64,000 nucleotides of DNA from Vicugna vicugna (taxonomy: Eukaryota), in NCBI GenBank assembly GCA_013265495.1, contig MU058206.1, positions 374,001 to 438,000 of the forward strand. The letters run 5' to 3'. The position numbers and the translations under genes were made by a program. Positions 37,013 through 50,119 of this stretch are shown here, in pieces (the stretch's first letter is position 1; every line of letters begins with the position of its first letter). Under the pieces are notes generated by a model. It was not told where the DNA came from and did no database searches. It worked only from the letters and a program-made list of their open reading frames with translations.

Positions 37013-40000
37013 AATAAACCAAGGTATGCCTATATTAAACCCTGCCCTCTTCCTTCCTGCTGGTGCTAAGACCCAGTGCATGGCTCTGTCCTGGGTGGCC
37101 ATCCTTCCATTACATCTGAAGCAAGGCAGCCTTAGGTTGGAATCAAGAAAGCACTTTCCCAGTAGAGGGAGGAATTCTATATGAGCCCTCCCTTCATAAG
37201 GAGGAAGGGTCAATGTTGGGCCCATTGAGGGTACCTAGAGCGCCCTAGGTCAACTGAGGAGCATTCTAACTGCACACAGGCTGGTTTTATCTAAAACTGA
37301 CAGATTAGTTTGTTGTGCTCCTGTCACTGTACCAAGCTTTGTGTTAAGCTCTTTATATGTGTTATTTCATTGAATTCCCTCAGCATTCCTGAAAGATACA
37401 TATGGTTACCTCTGTTTTCTAGATGAGGAAAACTGAGCCTCAGACAGGGCAAATACCTACCTGAGGATATGCAGTAAGTTTGCCTGGATGTTTGCACATG
37501 TGTGTCCTAATCTATGATGGCCCAGTGTCTCTAAGGGCACAGGACAGGTCTGGGAACAACAGGGAAGGCTGAGCCTGGCCCCCTCCCTTCTGTTTTAGTC
37601 TTAGAGGCCAGTGGGTGGTGAGAGGCCTACAGGCCAGGGATCCAGAAGGCTGGACTCTGCTTCAGATTCACTGGAGGACTTTAAGGGAAGCTATTGAACC
37701 TCTTGCGCCTCAGTTATCCCACCTGTGAAATGGGAAAATAATGGCACTGCTCTTGCCAGATAGTTGAGAGCAGTAGATGAGACAGTGCCTGTGAAGGCTC
37801 CTGGCACAGGACTTGGTTCACAGTAGGTGCTCAGTTAGCATCCTCACTGCCCAGGCCTTCGGAGGATCTGAGTCTGCCCTTGGGAGCAATTATCTCCTGC
37901 TTCCCTTCCTTACCAGCTAGCCTCCTGCTCCCTCTGGTCTCCTGCTTCCCTTGGTTTCCCCCTTACCCTCCCTTAACTGAGGGCATGTCACCCCCTCCCC
38001 TACTGGTGATTCCTGAGCTCAGGGCAGGCCTGACTGGCCCCAGGGTTGGGCGTGGGACAATGCCACACGCATTGCATGATGTGTCTGGATGCCCTCAGTG
38101 TGCAAGGAAAGGCACGCTCCTACTGCTGTTTGCCAGGTGTGAGATGAGCTACCAGGAGTGCGGGGACACCCTCCCACAACCCTGCACCACCCCAGATAAT
38201 TCTCCAAGGTGCGGAGTCTCTGGTCCCCGCTTACTCAGCAGACACCTCCAGGCTTGCTCAGATTCGCCCCAGGAGACAATCCAAGAATTTGACTCCTGAG
38301 GCCCCTCCCTCCTCCCAGCCCCCTCCTCAGCTTTGCCTCCTTCTGGGGTGCCCATCCTAGCTGCCCTGGGACCCTAAATCTCTCCTTCTCTCAGAAAGCC
38401 CACTCTAGGGCTCACCAGCCCAGTTCCACATTCTCTCCTCCACCAGGAAGTCTCCTAAATTCACTGCCTCTCATTTGCTCAGTGACCTTGGGCAAGTCAC
38501 ACAGTCTCTCTGGAGCCGCTTCCTGACGATTAGATGAGATGATGTCCAGCGAGGGTGCAGTCACTGTTAGCTACTGCACTTGCTCAGAAGCAGTGATTGG
38601 GTACTGGGCATTCCTCTCATGATCTCAGTTAACCTCCAACAGCCGAGAGAGGGGGACAGTTATCATTCCCCGCCCCCAGCCCCACAGTCCCTCATCTGAT
38701 GGGAGTGGGAGGGATTGTGTGAGAGGTCCCAAGAGCTCTCTACCACTTCCCTTATTTACCTGGGCAGTTGCTGTCCCCTGAGCATCCTGCTCTCCAGCCT
38801 GAGCAACATGCGCACGCGCACGGGGGTGGACACACCCAAGCCCCTACCCTCATGCTTGATGTCCCAGTTCAAACCCTGCCCAGCTCTGCCCCCAAGACCC
38901 AGGTATAAAAGACTTCCCCAGGCCCCTTGCTTTGCAGCCCAGAAACCTCTGCAGGGCGAACAAAATACTCCGCATGGTCCATGCCCCGTTTCATGAGCTG
39001 GGGGTGAGACAATGAAGGTGAGACGCAAGTCCTGCCTCCAGAGCCAGGACTGGGGGCCCGGAAAGAGTCACTCACTTAGCAGTGACCAACACAGCTGAGT
39101 GACAAAGGAGAAAGACAGGGGCTGGGGACCAAGGCTGGAGGTCCAGGAAGGTTTCCCTGAGGAACTGACTCCAGGGCTTCCAGGGGAGGGGGACTGGGCT
39201 GCTGCCAAGAGCTGGAGGCTAGCCTTTCTGACTCCCTGGCCCTGGCCTTCTCCGCCAGCCCCCTACCTGTCCCCTCTGCCACAAGCCCCACCAGGGCCCC
39301 CAGCTACACTGTCCTCCCACCCCCCATTCCCTGGGGCCGAGGAAACTCATCTCCAAGCACTTTTTGGCTTCTAAGTCTCCCAGTCTCAGGCTGCTGGGTG
39401 GTTGGTAAACAGCTTATTAAGGTGATTAACACTGCAATTAAAGCTGGAAAAACAGAGGCCAGGGTGCTGGCTGAGGGCTCCCCCTTCTCCCCCCTCTGTT
39501 CTCCCCCTGCCCCTCTCTTCCATCCCCTCCGGGCTTGGTTGATGCAACTCAGCCTGACTTAGCCAACCAGAGCCCTCACCTAGGGGCTGGGAGGTTGCTC
39601 ATCAAGGGTCTTGTCTCAGCCAAAGTCCCTCTTCCCTCGGAGTGGTGGGGGCTCTGCTGGGCTGGGGAGTAAGTGGTAGCGACGGTGCGTTGCTGAGGTG
39701 GATGATGTGCAGAGACTGAATTGGGGTGAGGTCTCTAAGATCCCCTAGTGCCTGGAACCCCCTTAAAGGGAGGGGCTTCAGGGGGAGGAGTAGAGACCAT
39801 CCTTCTCATCCACTTCCAAGAGGGAGAAGGGCAGGGGCTGTCTCCTCCCAGAAGAGGGGCAAGGAACTCCCTGTCTCCAAGCTCTTGGTGTCAGAGTGGC
39901 TCCCTGAACATCTGAGGGGCAGGGAACTGCCAGACGTTGACTCTTCCCTGAGCCCAGCCTCCGGGGAAAAGTTTAGAGACCCTCTGGGTCCGTGCCTCCC

Positions 40001-40609
40001 CTCCCTTCAGCATCAGCTCTAGCCAACACATGAGGACCTGAGAGGGTCCTGCTCTCAGGCTCCCCTACAAGCCTCCTTCCTCTGCAGCCCACGAGTCCTG
40101 GGAGGGGTTATTTGGCAGGTGGGGTCTCCAGGGAGTATACTCCCAGACCCCCCTCGCTGCCTGTCATGCTGCTATCCTTTTCTCAAGGCATAATTCAAAT
40201 GCCACCTCCCCCATGAAGCCTTTCCAGGTTTCCTTCCCACCCACCACCAACTGCCCCCACTCTTTCCTCTGACAACTCATCTAGTCTCCTGACTGCGTCA
40301 GGTTTGCCTGGCTGGGGGCCTCTCCAGGGTGGGCCCTGCTTCTGGCCTTGGAGCTCCTAGTCCAGGTCTGTGCCTCCCTTCCCCAGGCTTCAGTCATTCA
40401 TGGTACCAGTTCCTAGAACAGTGCCTGGAATGTAGCAGGTGCTCAATAAATATTGGCTGACTTACTCCTATTTGGAGTACTCCTAGAGCTGGGCGGATCA
40501 ACCAATGCGGCAAGCACAGCCAGGGGCCTGAATCAGAGGTATGGGAGGGGGGTGAGTAAGAGGCGAGGTGGGCAGCGACCCCTGTCTCCCCTGTCAACAG
40601 CAACTTTGA

Positions 40610-40850
40610 TTAACTGAGCAGTACTCACCACGTGCTGGATTCCTTGTGAAACGTTTTCACACATTATTCATTTATTCCTCTCAACAATGACCTGCTAGGC
40701 ACATAGCATTATTCTTGCTACAGGTGAGAAAACTGAGGCTTAGAAAGGTTAAGTGACTTGCCCAGGATCACACAGTCAGTAAAGTGGTGGAGGCCGGATT
40801 CACACCAGGTCAGCTGACTCCAGCGTGCACATTCCTGACCACAGCATAAG
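40610..40850. mobile_element. MIR SINE
   Basis: caggtgagaaaactgaggcttagaaaggttaagtgacttgcccaggatcacacag. Further MIR-like cores occur near 270, 940, 7950, 8450, 9360, 13560, 14080, 15350, 16400, 34800, 37420, 37710, 41110, 45350 and 54500. Confidence 0.75.
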
Positions 40851-43247
40851 CTTTTCCCAGGATCAGCCCTGGGGAAGAAGCCCGGACCCTCCCCCCTCCA
40901 CTTCTCCTCCCAGGGAAGAACCCAGGGAGGAGGGCAGGAGGGTTGGGGTGGGCAGAGCTGCCCAGCTCTTTGACCCTCTCCCCTGCGTGTCTTAGTAAAT
41001 TAAGTCTCAGAAAAGCCCATTAGGAGCTTCCATTCTCCAGACAGACCTGGGTTCAGATTCCAGCGCTGTCACATATTAGTTATGTGACCTTGACAGAGAC
41101 TGGGCTTCTCTGAGCCTCAGTTTCTCCATCTGAAAAATGGGCACTATACCACCCACCTCCCAGGCCATTGTGAGGATCACACGCAAAGTGTCTGGCACGG
41201 AGTAGGCGGGTAGCAAATCCAGCTGTTACTAAGGTTTGGAGAACAGTGATCCTCAGGGCAGACTGGGGTTCCCTCATCCCTAGTTCTTCCCCCGAGGTTG
41301 TCACAAGGCAATAGGTGTAGTCAAGGAGCACCTGGCAGAAAATGGGCTCAGCTGCTCCACCCAGGTGCTCTGCCAGGTCCCCCACCCAAGCCCCTGTCCT
41401 CGTGGCCCCTCAGCCCCCCAGCGCTGGTGAAGAGGGTGACGCCTGGCCTGGAGGTGAGGAGAGGAGGAAGGGGAGGTCAGGGGTGGGGCTGACCCTGAGG
41501 GAGGTCACCCGGGCAGTTAATCCAGCCTGACAGAGCAGGGATGCGCAGGGAGGAATTAGGGAGCTTACAACATCCTTTCATCCCGCAGCAGCCCGCCCGC
41601 CAGCCTGCCCGCCCAGCCTCCCTCCTTCCTTCCTCTCTCTTTCTGCCCTTTTTTCCCCTCTCCCTCCCTTTGCTGGCAGCCCAGCCCTAATAAAATGCAG
41701 TGTCTCCAGCAAGTCTGCCCGGCTGCCGCCTCGCTGCTCCTGCCGGCACGCAGCCCTCAACCCAAACTGCTCAGCTCGCCCCGCCTGGCAGCTGCCACTT
41801 AACCCTTGCCAGCCCGGCTGGCGTCCGTGGGCTGGAGGCCCTCCTCCCTTCCGCCTCCCTCGGGCGTGGGGGGAGGGCAGGCCTATTTTCTGAGAGGGAG
41901 ATGGGTGAGGTGAAGGGTGTGGGTTCCCCACCATTCTGGAGCCCTGCCCGGAGGACCCGTCGACCACGAGCCGTGACCGTGGTTCCACAAGGCCCTTCTA
42001 TCTTCTGCCTTCTCATCCTTACTCTGCTTTGTGCCTCACAGTCGCTCCAGAAGCTGAAAGGGTGGGGACCACTGTCCCCATTTGACAGATGAGGAAACTA
42101 AGGTTCTGAATGGGAGGTTCCAGGCTGAGCTGGGTCACCTTGGCTTCTGGGTGGAGTTGCTGATCCTCCATTCTAGACTTTTTCCATTATGGGGAGCTGT
42201 CTCAACCTCTGTGTGTATGTGTGTGTGATGTGCTGGGGTGACCTGAGCGATCCGTGTGTGCATCTGTGTATCTCTTGGGGTGCATGGTTTGTGTGTTTGT
42301 GTGATGCTAACGTGTTTCAGCTGTGCATTTGTGTCTGTGTGTGTGGCTGCTGATGACAGCACGCTTGCCCTAGGTGGGAGTCCGTGTGTGTGTGATGATG
42401 GAGATATGTGTGTCTTGGTTCACGTGTGTGTCTAAGAGAGAGAGGTGGCTTCCCAAGCATGTGCATGCATTCATGTTGTCTCCCAACTGCGCTGAGATAT
42501 TTGCTCACACACCCCCATTCATCCTGCCACCTCCAGCTTTCTGTCTCCAGAGTCGTGGAGTTGGGCAGCTAGGAGAGGAGGCTGGCAGCACTGCTGGCCC
42601 AGGCAGTCAGCGGCAGCAGTAAGAAGGCTCTGAGTCAGGGTCCAAGCCCTCTCTGAGAAGGTCAACACAGGGCCCTCCCGTCTGTTTGCTTCCATGGTCC
42701 AATCTGGATCCCAATGCCTGGGGTCCCTGCCAGCTGTGGGAGCAGCGATGCTCCCCGTGCCTGAGGCCTCACCCCCACTCCAAGCTGAAAAGGATAGACA
42801 GGAGGATGAGGGGCCAAGGAGTGCCTGGGCGTGGAGGCAAGGGGTTTACACGCGTGCGCAAGCATGTCTGCGTGTGAGCCCAAGATCAAAGAGCAGCCTT
42901 GAGGTGACCCAGCGGCGGCGGCAGTGGCGGCGGGCAGCTGGCTGGCAGGGAACGCCAAGCCGCCAAGCCGGGTGGAGTCAGGGAGGCCAAGGGCTGGGAG
43001 CCTCCCACTCCCCAGACCATGGAGACAGCCATGGGGTCAGGAGCACCTGCCACCTGGGGCCAGGCCCAGTCCAGCCCTGAGCCCAGAGCCCCAGCAGTAG
43101 GTCCCCAAGTCTCTGACTCTCCCAGGAGCCCCTGGAGTCGCTCAGAGGCCCTCCCTACCAATCACCTCCCCCAACTCCCTGCCCTCCCCCCAGAGCTGTC
43201 TGCCTCTAGCCTCCAGTTCAAAGAGCTCAGTGGTTATTTTCTTCTTT

Positions 43248-43253
43248 TTTATT
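43248..43253 (-). terminator. DLX3 polyadenylation signal (AATAAA)
   Basis: TTTATT on + strand = AATAAA on - strand, ~1.5 kb past the DLX3 stop at the end of an AT-rich 3' UTR segment. Confidence 0.75.
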
Positions 43254-44744
43254 AATGTTATATATAAAGATGGGTCCAATAAGAAAGCAGAAATGAGAAG
43301 GCTGGGAGGGGATGGGAGTTGGCTTCGTTCCTGTCCCCCTGGGGGTGGGACTCTTTGAGATCCACCACATTTCTCTCCTCGCGCCTGTACCTCCCATCAA
43401 ACCCAAATCCAGCGGGAGCCCACATCCTTGTTTCTCTCAGTTCACGACGCACAGGCAGGTACATCCAGGAGGAAAGGGCTACATAAATAGGAAACCGCAG
43501 TAGGGAGGAGGCTGCTTCTCTGTCGCTCTTAAAAAAATACATACTATATATATACAGCTACAGTCTTCGACCTCTCCTTTTCTCCAATGCTCGACCATAT
43601 CAGGGGTGGAAGAAAGTAGCTCTGGGGGGACATCTGGGCCAGGAAGGGGCAGTGCCACCGACCCTTCAGACAGCCACCCCCTCACCCCCAAAGGCACGGA
43701 GTTATAACCCTCTCGGGGCACCTCACCAGCCATTCTCCATCCCAGCGGGAACAATCTGTTTGCAAGGCCCCCGGAAAGGGGGTGTTTGGGGGTTTGTCTT
43801 GCCTGGTGTGTCTCCTTGGAGATTTGGGGTTTGGCGCCAAAACTGACAACTTACTGGAGGAGAGGAAGAGGTGGGAAGAGGTGGGGTGGGGGCGGGGAGA
43901 GCCGGGGCGCCCCGGCACAGGGGAGATTGGTCCTATCTGTTAACAATGCCCTTTGTCTTCCTATTTTTCAACAGCTTTTGAAACCAAAGTTGTGCAAAGT
44001 CCTGTACATGGAAGAAGACATGGGTCCCAGGGAAGGATGTCTGGGACCCACCCCTCCTCTCCGACCAGAGCAGGGGAGGGGAGGTGCTCCTTGAGTTCTT
44101 CTCTCTAACGCCACACATATTAAAACCTTTCCTCACTTGGGGGCTTTTCTTTGGTTTAACCCTCAAATCTGAAATGAGGGCTAGAAGTGCAGAGCGGGGC
44201 TGGTGGAGGTCCCCACCCTGAGTCCCATTCTTGAGGTCCAATGTCTTTGGCAAAGGGGATGCTCAGGAAAGGGGCGGCCACAGGTGGCTTAGGAAGAGGA
44301 GCTTAGGTCCTGGGATCCACAGTGCCTGGTGCCCCAGCCAAGGCCTGAGCTGCGAACACTCCACAGTCTCCCTAGTCCCCAGGGTCTCCAGTCTGGGGGA
44401 CGAGTACTAAGTTTTAGATTCTGGAAGGTCATGAGCCACTTAAAGCCAATCCAGGCTCTTGGAGCAGAAGGGAAACAGCTGTCCCCGTTGGAGTGGAATG
44501 CCCCAGCATCTGGAGGGGCACCCCAGTGTCTAGGCAGCAGGGAGGAGGTTCAGGGGGCATCCTTGGTCCATGAAAATTTCATCTGGAAGCTCTTGGGTCC
44601 CTGTAGGAAGGGGCAAGGGAAGGGGGAAAGGGGGGCCCTTTCCCCTGTGCTCCTCGATGATTCCTGAGTGTCGGCGGCTCGGACGGAGGCAACTCCTGCC
44701 TGGTCCAGGGGTTCCTTCGTGAGAGGTTCAGGCCAGGTGGGTGC

Positions 44745-45137
<393 letters not shown>

Positions 45138-45565
45138 CTAAGTGAAAACCCACGGAGGAACCCAGCCTAGAGAGGACAAGGCAGGCACCTACTGTCACAC
45201 AAGACTCCGGCCAAACCCAGGCATCCTGACTCCCAGGCCAGCATCTATTTTCTATCTGGGATAGAACTGCAGCTGGGAACTTTTGACTACTCAGGTCCAA
45301 ATTCTGCTCTGCCACCTACCAAGTGGGTAACCTTGGGCAAGTTACTTGATCTTTCTGGTTCTTGCCTTTCTCATCTGCAAAATGGGAATGATGGCAGCAT
45401 AATTACCTACCTCTTGGGGTCATTATGATGCTCAAATAAGTTCAGATAGATAAAGTACTCAGAACAGCTAGCCATATTACTGAAATACAGAAAGCACTGA
45501 GTAAAAGGCAGCCCAGGTGGGAGATGGGCAGTTTGTGGCATTTTGTTCATATTAGAAACTAGATA

Positions 45566-45700
45566 GGAGGGACGGTATAACTCAGTGGCAGAGTACATGA
45601 CTAGCATGCACGAGGTCCTGGGTTCAATCCCCAGTACCTCCATTTAAAAAAATAAATAAGTAAGTAAACCTAATTACCTCCCCCTTCAAAAAAATTTTTT
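45566..45700 (+). mobile_element. tRNA-Ala-derived SINE (camelid vic-1-like) in DLX3 intron 2
   Basis: ggtataactcagtggcagagtacatgactagcatgcacgaggtcctgggttcaatccccagtacctcca (Pol III A and B boxes) plus an AT-rich tail with aaacctaattacctccccc. Confidence 0.85.
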
Positions 45701-46780
45701 TAAATGGAAATCAGATACATGGAGACAAATATACACCCACGTAAGCATCTCTATGTGCAGGAACGTACCCACTCACAGCTTCACACAGACACCAGACTAT
45801 ACAGATACACCCAGATAAACACCCCACAAACATGAGTACCCTCAGTCACACATTCAGGCAGGGAAGAGCCCTCCAGGGCTGGCTAATGGGGGTGACCTGG
45901 GGACTCCGGAGCAGGTGAGCCATGACTCCCCAAATTTCCCTTGGGGTATCTCCCCCTCTCCCTGCCGCTCCCCACCCCATGACTGGTACAAACAATGAAT
46001 CAGCTCCTCACCGGGTGACCCAGATTCCCGGCGGACTGGGCCCCACGCAGCCGTAACCCAGGCCCGCCTGTCAACACCTGTAGGGAGCCAGGTGACGGAC
46101 ACTCCTCCCTTGAGCAGTGACAGGCTGCTGGGGGCTCTAGGGGAAGGCTGAGGAGGGGGTGCCCATACCTCCGAGTCCCTATTCCCCTTAGAGGGGAACC
46201 TCTGTTCTTGGCTCTGGCCACATTAAGAGGTGGAGCATTTGGGGGCTGAGCAGGAATGTGGTGTTTTGATACAAGCACACAGTTTTGGACGTGCACTCAC
46301 TGTCCTCCTGCACAGTCAAGTGTATATGCCCCTCCACCCTATAAACACAATGACCCTTGAAAGATTTCACTCCTTAAGTGGGCATTCCCACATGTACACA
46401 GATCCATTAGTCTGTGTGCAAATATACATGCAGATACACGTGTATGTACACACACATGACTAGCCTTGGGGGCAGACACAGGCGGACTCCTATCAAGTGA
46501 GAGATCCACACTATTGGGGGGCTGTGGGAGGTGGGAATTCTGGGGTGGGGGGAGGACATCTCTTTGTGACAGACCTACACAGTCGCACATGCCTGTACAC
46601 GTGCTAATTCACAAACTTTCAACAGAGGTTGGGATCTGGGGGTCCCTCCACCCACACACAAAGGTTTCAAGGGCCTGCCGGGAATTTAAGAGGCCATGCA
46701 GGCTCAGTGGCGCCTGGGGAGCCCCGGAGTCCCGCGCGGCCCCACTGAACCCCCGCGGCCTTCGACCGCCTACTACTGAC

Positions 46781-46971
46781 CTGCGTCTGCGTGAGGCCCA
46801 GCTGCGCGGCCAGCTCGGCGCGCTCGGGCAGCGCCAAATACTGGGCCTTCTGGAAGCGGCGCTGCAGGGCGGCCAGCTGGTAGCTGGAGTAGATCGTGCG
46901 CGGCTTTCGGACCTTCTTGGGCTTCCCGTTCACCATGCGCACCTCGGCTTCCGGCTCCTCCTTCACGGACA
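46781..46971 (-). CDS. DLX3: DLX3 coding exon 2
   Basis: Acceptor cccgcag|TG. Reads (V)[63 protein letters not shown]. Donor CAG|GTCAGT; 191 nt. Confidence 0.98.
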
Positions 46972-47886
46972 CTGCGGGCAACGCAACGGGCGGTGGGTGG
47001 CTCAGCCTCGAACAGCGACCCCGGTGCCCTCCAGGGCTCCAAGGGACGCCCCACCCTCCGGCGCACTGACTGGCCCCGGGACTTCCCGGCTGCGCACTCC
47101 GCGCGGCCGGCGCCCGGGGAGGGAGCCGGAGTCGCAAAGCCGGACCCGCGGCCGCTCACGACGCGGCGCTCCCGGCTCCCCGCTCCGCATTCCCGGAGCG
47201 AGGTCGGGGCCCAGCGACCCCTGGCGCGCACGGCCGCTGCTCTGCTCTCCGCGCTTCCCGCTCGCCCCTTGGCCCCACAGCTCCCCGCCACCCGCCTGTT
47301 GGCCTCCGCCTCACCCGCACCTCGCAGTCGGTCGTCTCTCTCGCCCTTTCCTCTTCTTTCCCCCTTTCTTTTTTGTCTTTTAACTTTTTTTTTTAGAATA
47401 GTTTTTAGATTCTGTACTGCAAGCACAGTATGGAATCCCTTCCTTTCCTCCTTCCTTCCTTCGTCTTTTCCTCTGTCCTTTCTCCCACTTTGTCTCTCCA
47501 TATTTCTGTTTTGCTGCCTCCACTTCTCTCTTTTTCAGTTTCTCCACTCTGTTGTTGCTTCCCTCCGTGTTCCCGTAATTCTGGGAGGTCTCTCTCCGTG
47601 TGCCCCATCACCATCCTCCTTCTCCCCAGTCCAGATTCAAAGCAGGGTCGCGGAGCTTCCAGTGACCGCTGCCTACCCGCAAGTCCTCTGCAGCCCGATG
47701 GAGGACCGCCTGCTGAAGTGCCCAGAAAGCACCTGAATCAGGAGGTTCTCTGACCATGGCCCCCTCCGTCCTCGCCTCTCTCACCCCGATCCTCACCTGG
47801 GACCGCGGCGCCCCCCGTGCACCACGCCCCAAAGGCGCTCAGTCTCCGGACTGGAAGGTCTTCTGACCCCTCTGGGGGGTCATCTA

Positions 47887-48387
<501 letters not shown>

Positions 48388-48564
48388 TCAGGAGCGCCGG
48401 GGAGGCAGAGGAGACGCGGCGGGGGTGTATGTCCGGAAGGCAGAGGGGAGGGCCTGGCAACGCTTCTGGGGAGGGGAGGCCGAGGGGCGCTTAGACCATC
48501 GCGGGTCTTCTTCGGGCGGTGGCGGCGCGCCTCTCGTCGCGTCCCAAGCCACAGTCAAATGCTG

Positions 48565-48640
48565 CCAGCTCCGCCCGGCCAGCCGGTTATAGACTCAATA
48601 GTGAGTCGCAGAGGGAGGCCCCAGCGTTCTGATTGGCTGC
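48565..48640 (-). promoter_or_regulatory. DLX3 proximal promoter: CCAAT box, TATA-like element, GC box
   Basis: On the - strand: CCAAT (48632-48636), CTATAA (48587-48592), GGGCGG (48571-48576), within the CpG island ~250-300 bp upstream of the ATG. Confidence 0.75.
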
Positions 48641-48680
48641 AAGTCTTGCCTTCCAGGCAAAACATGCTATTGCTATTTCG

Positions 48681-48741
48681 TTCTCTCTCTCTTCCTCTCT
48701 CTTCCTCTCTCTCTCTCCCCCCTCATTCTTTGCTGTTACCC

Positions 48742-48788
<47 letters not shown>
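48681..48788. repeat. Imperfect (CT)n plus (AC)23 microsatellite in the DLX3 promoter
   Basis: CT-rich run at 48681-48720; perfect AC run at 48743-48788. Confidence 0.95.
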
Positions 48789-48790
<2 letters not shown>

Positions 48791-49178
48791 CTCTGTTTCT
48801 TCTCCCGTGGATCCCTCCCCCAGCCCAGATTAAACCCCCAGTGGCTCTGCAGAGCCCCAGGATCCGTCAGTCTGTCGGTCTCCCTGACTGGGGGTGGAAG
48901 GTGGGCCTAGGTGCGATATAGAAGGAGGGGAACTTGCCCATTGGGTGTTTGTGGAGGGAGGTGGTCCAAGGTGGGTGTCATGCACATGCGTTGAGCAAAT
49001 GACAGGCAGTCAAATGCGCCCAAATTGAGAAGGACCCAGGGCTCATAAAAAGTTCTGATTTCTTTTAAAATCAGAAGAAAGGAAAAAAATTTAGGTTGAA
49101 GAGAATGTTTGACTATATGTTAATATATTGTCTTCACAGCAGTGTTGTCATAAAATGTAATTTTAAAGTATGTTTTTA

Positions 49179-49243
49179 CATTATACTGCACACCAGAAAT
49201 TGACACATTGTAACTGACTATACTTCAATTTTTAAAAAATAAA
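49179..49243 (+). mobile_element. 65-bp extreme 3' end of LINE-1 with 15-bp target-site duplication
   Basis: cattatactgcacaccagaaattgacacattgtaactgactatacttcaa matches the L1 3' terminus at ~36945-36990. Flanked by taaagtatgttttta (49164-49178) and taaagcatgttttta (49244-49258). Confidence 0.8.
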
Positions 49244-50119
49244 TAAAGCATGTTTTTAATGGAGGAAGGGGCCCATCAGGCAAAAGTGCTTTGAGCCTAT
49301 ATAAGGTCATCCTTGGGCCCAAGGAGGCTCCTGTCGGAGAGAGACTGGGGAGGGGTCAGGTATGTGTGGACAAGGGACTTATGGAGAGGGTGGAGGTGTA
49401 CAGCCTGTGTGTAGTGATATTAAGGTTATCTCCAAAACTATGTGTATGCTGTTTCAGAGATCACCTAGGCTTGCTGGAAGGAGCAGGGGACCTGGGGTCC
49501 CCACGAAGATGAGTGGGACACAGGCTGACTCTCTGTGTGCTTCAGTAAGTTTGGGGGCAGATTCTGTGCATTTGGGACAGCACTGGTGGAAGGTGGGCAT
49601 TTTTAGAGACCAAGTGTAGGGGATGGGTGTACTTGAGGTGTGTGATGTGAGGATTTTACATGTTCCACAGTACGTGCAGAGTTCACATACTTACAGAGAT
49701 GTATGTGAGTGCAGGGACGTGCATGTGAGAAAGTGGATCAGTGTATATGGTGGGGGATAAGCAGTGTGAGTAGCGGGCTGTGGGATGGAGGGTCTATGAG
49801 TGAATGTGTAGTTGTATACAGCACCTTTCCAATCTCCAGTAGTTGGGAACCATGATTCCCCACTGAACCTGTCCCCCCAAGGAGGCCCTGAAGAAGAGGC
49901 TCTGCTCCCTGGGAACTCTCAGCTCCTAGTCCTGTCTGACCCACAAGGCCAGGACTCTAGGTCATCCAAGTTTTTCCCAGCGTGTAGTCCATTTCTCCAT
50001 TCCACCCCCAATTCTGCCCTCCGCCTCTCTTTGAAGGGAGGGGAATCTCCTCCAAATACCAGTTCCTAGCCAAATGCAACCTTCATACAGGTCTCCCTGT
50101 CAATCTTCCTGTCCCCTTC

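Noticed and set aside
45570..45642. tRNA-Ala-like sequence as a real tRNA gene
   Set aside because: Stem mismatches, a SINE-type tail and diverged copies elsewhere in the window indicate a SINE.
46466..47383. 305-aa + strand ORF (and the 242-247 aa ORFs nearby)
   Set aside because: Antisense to or overlapping DLX3 exon 2 in a CpG island; stop-poor because of GC content, non-ATG start, no recognisable domain.
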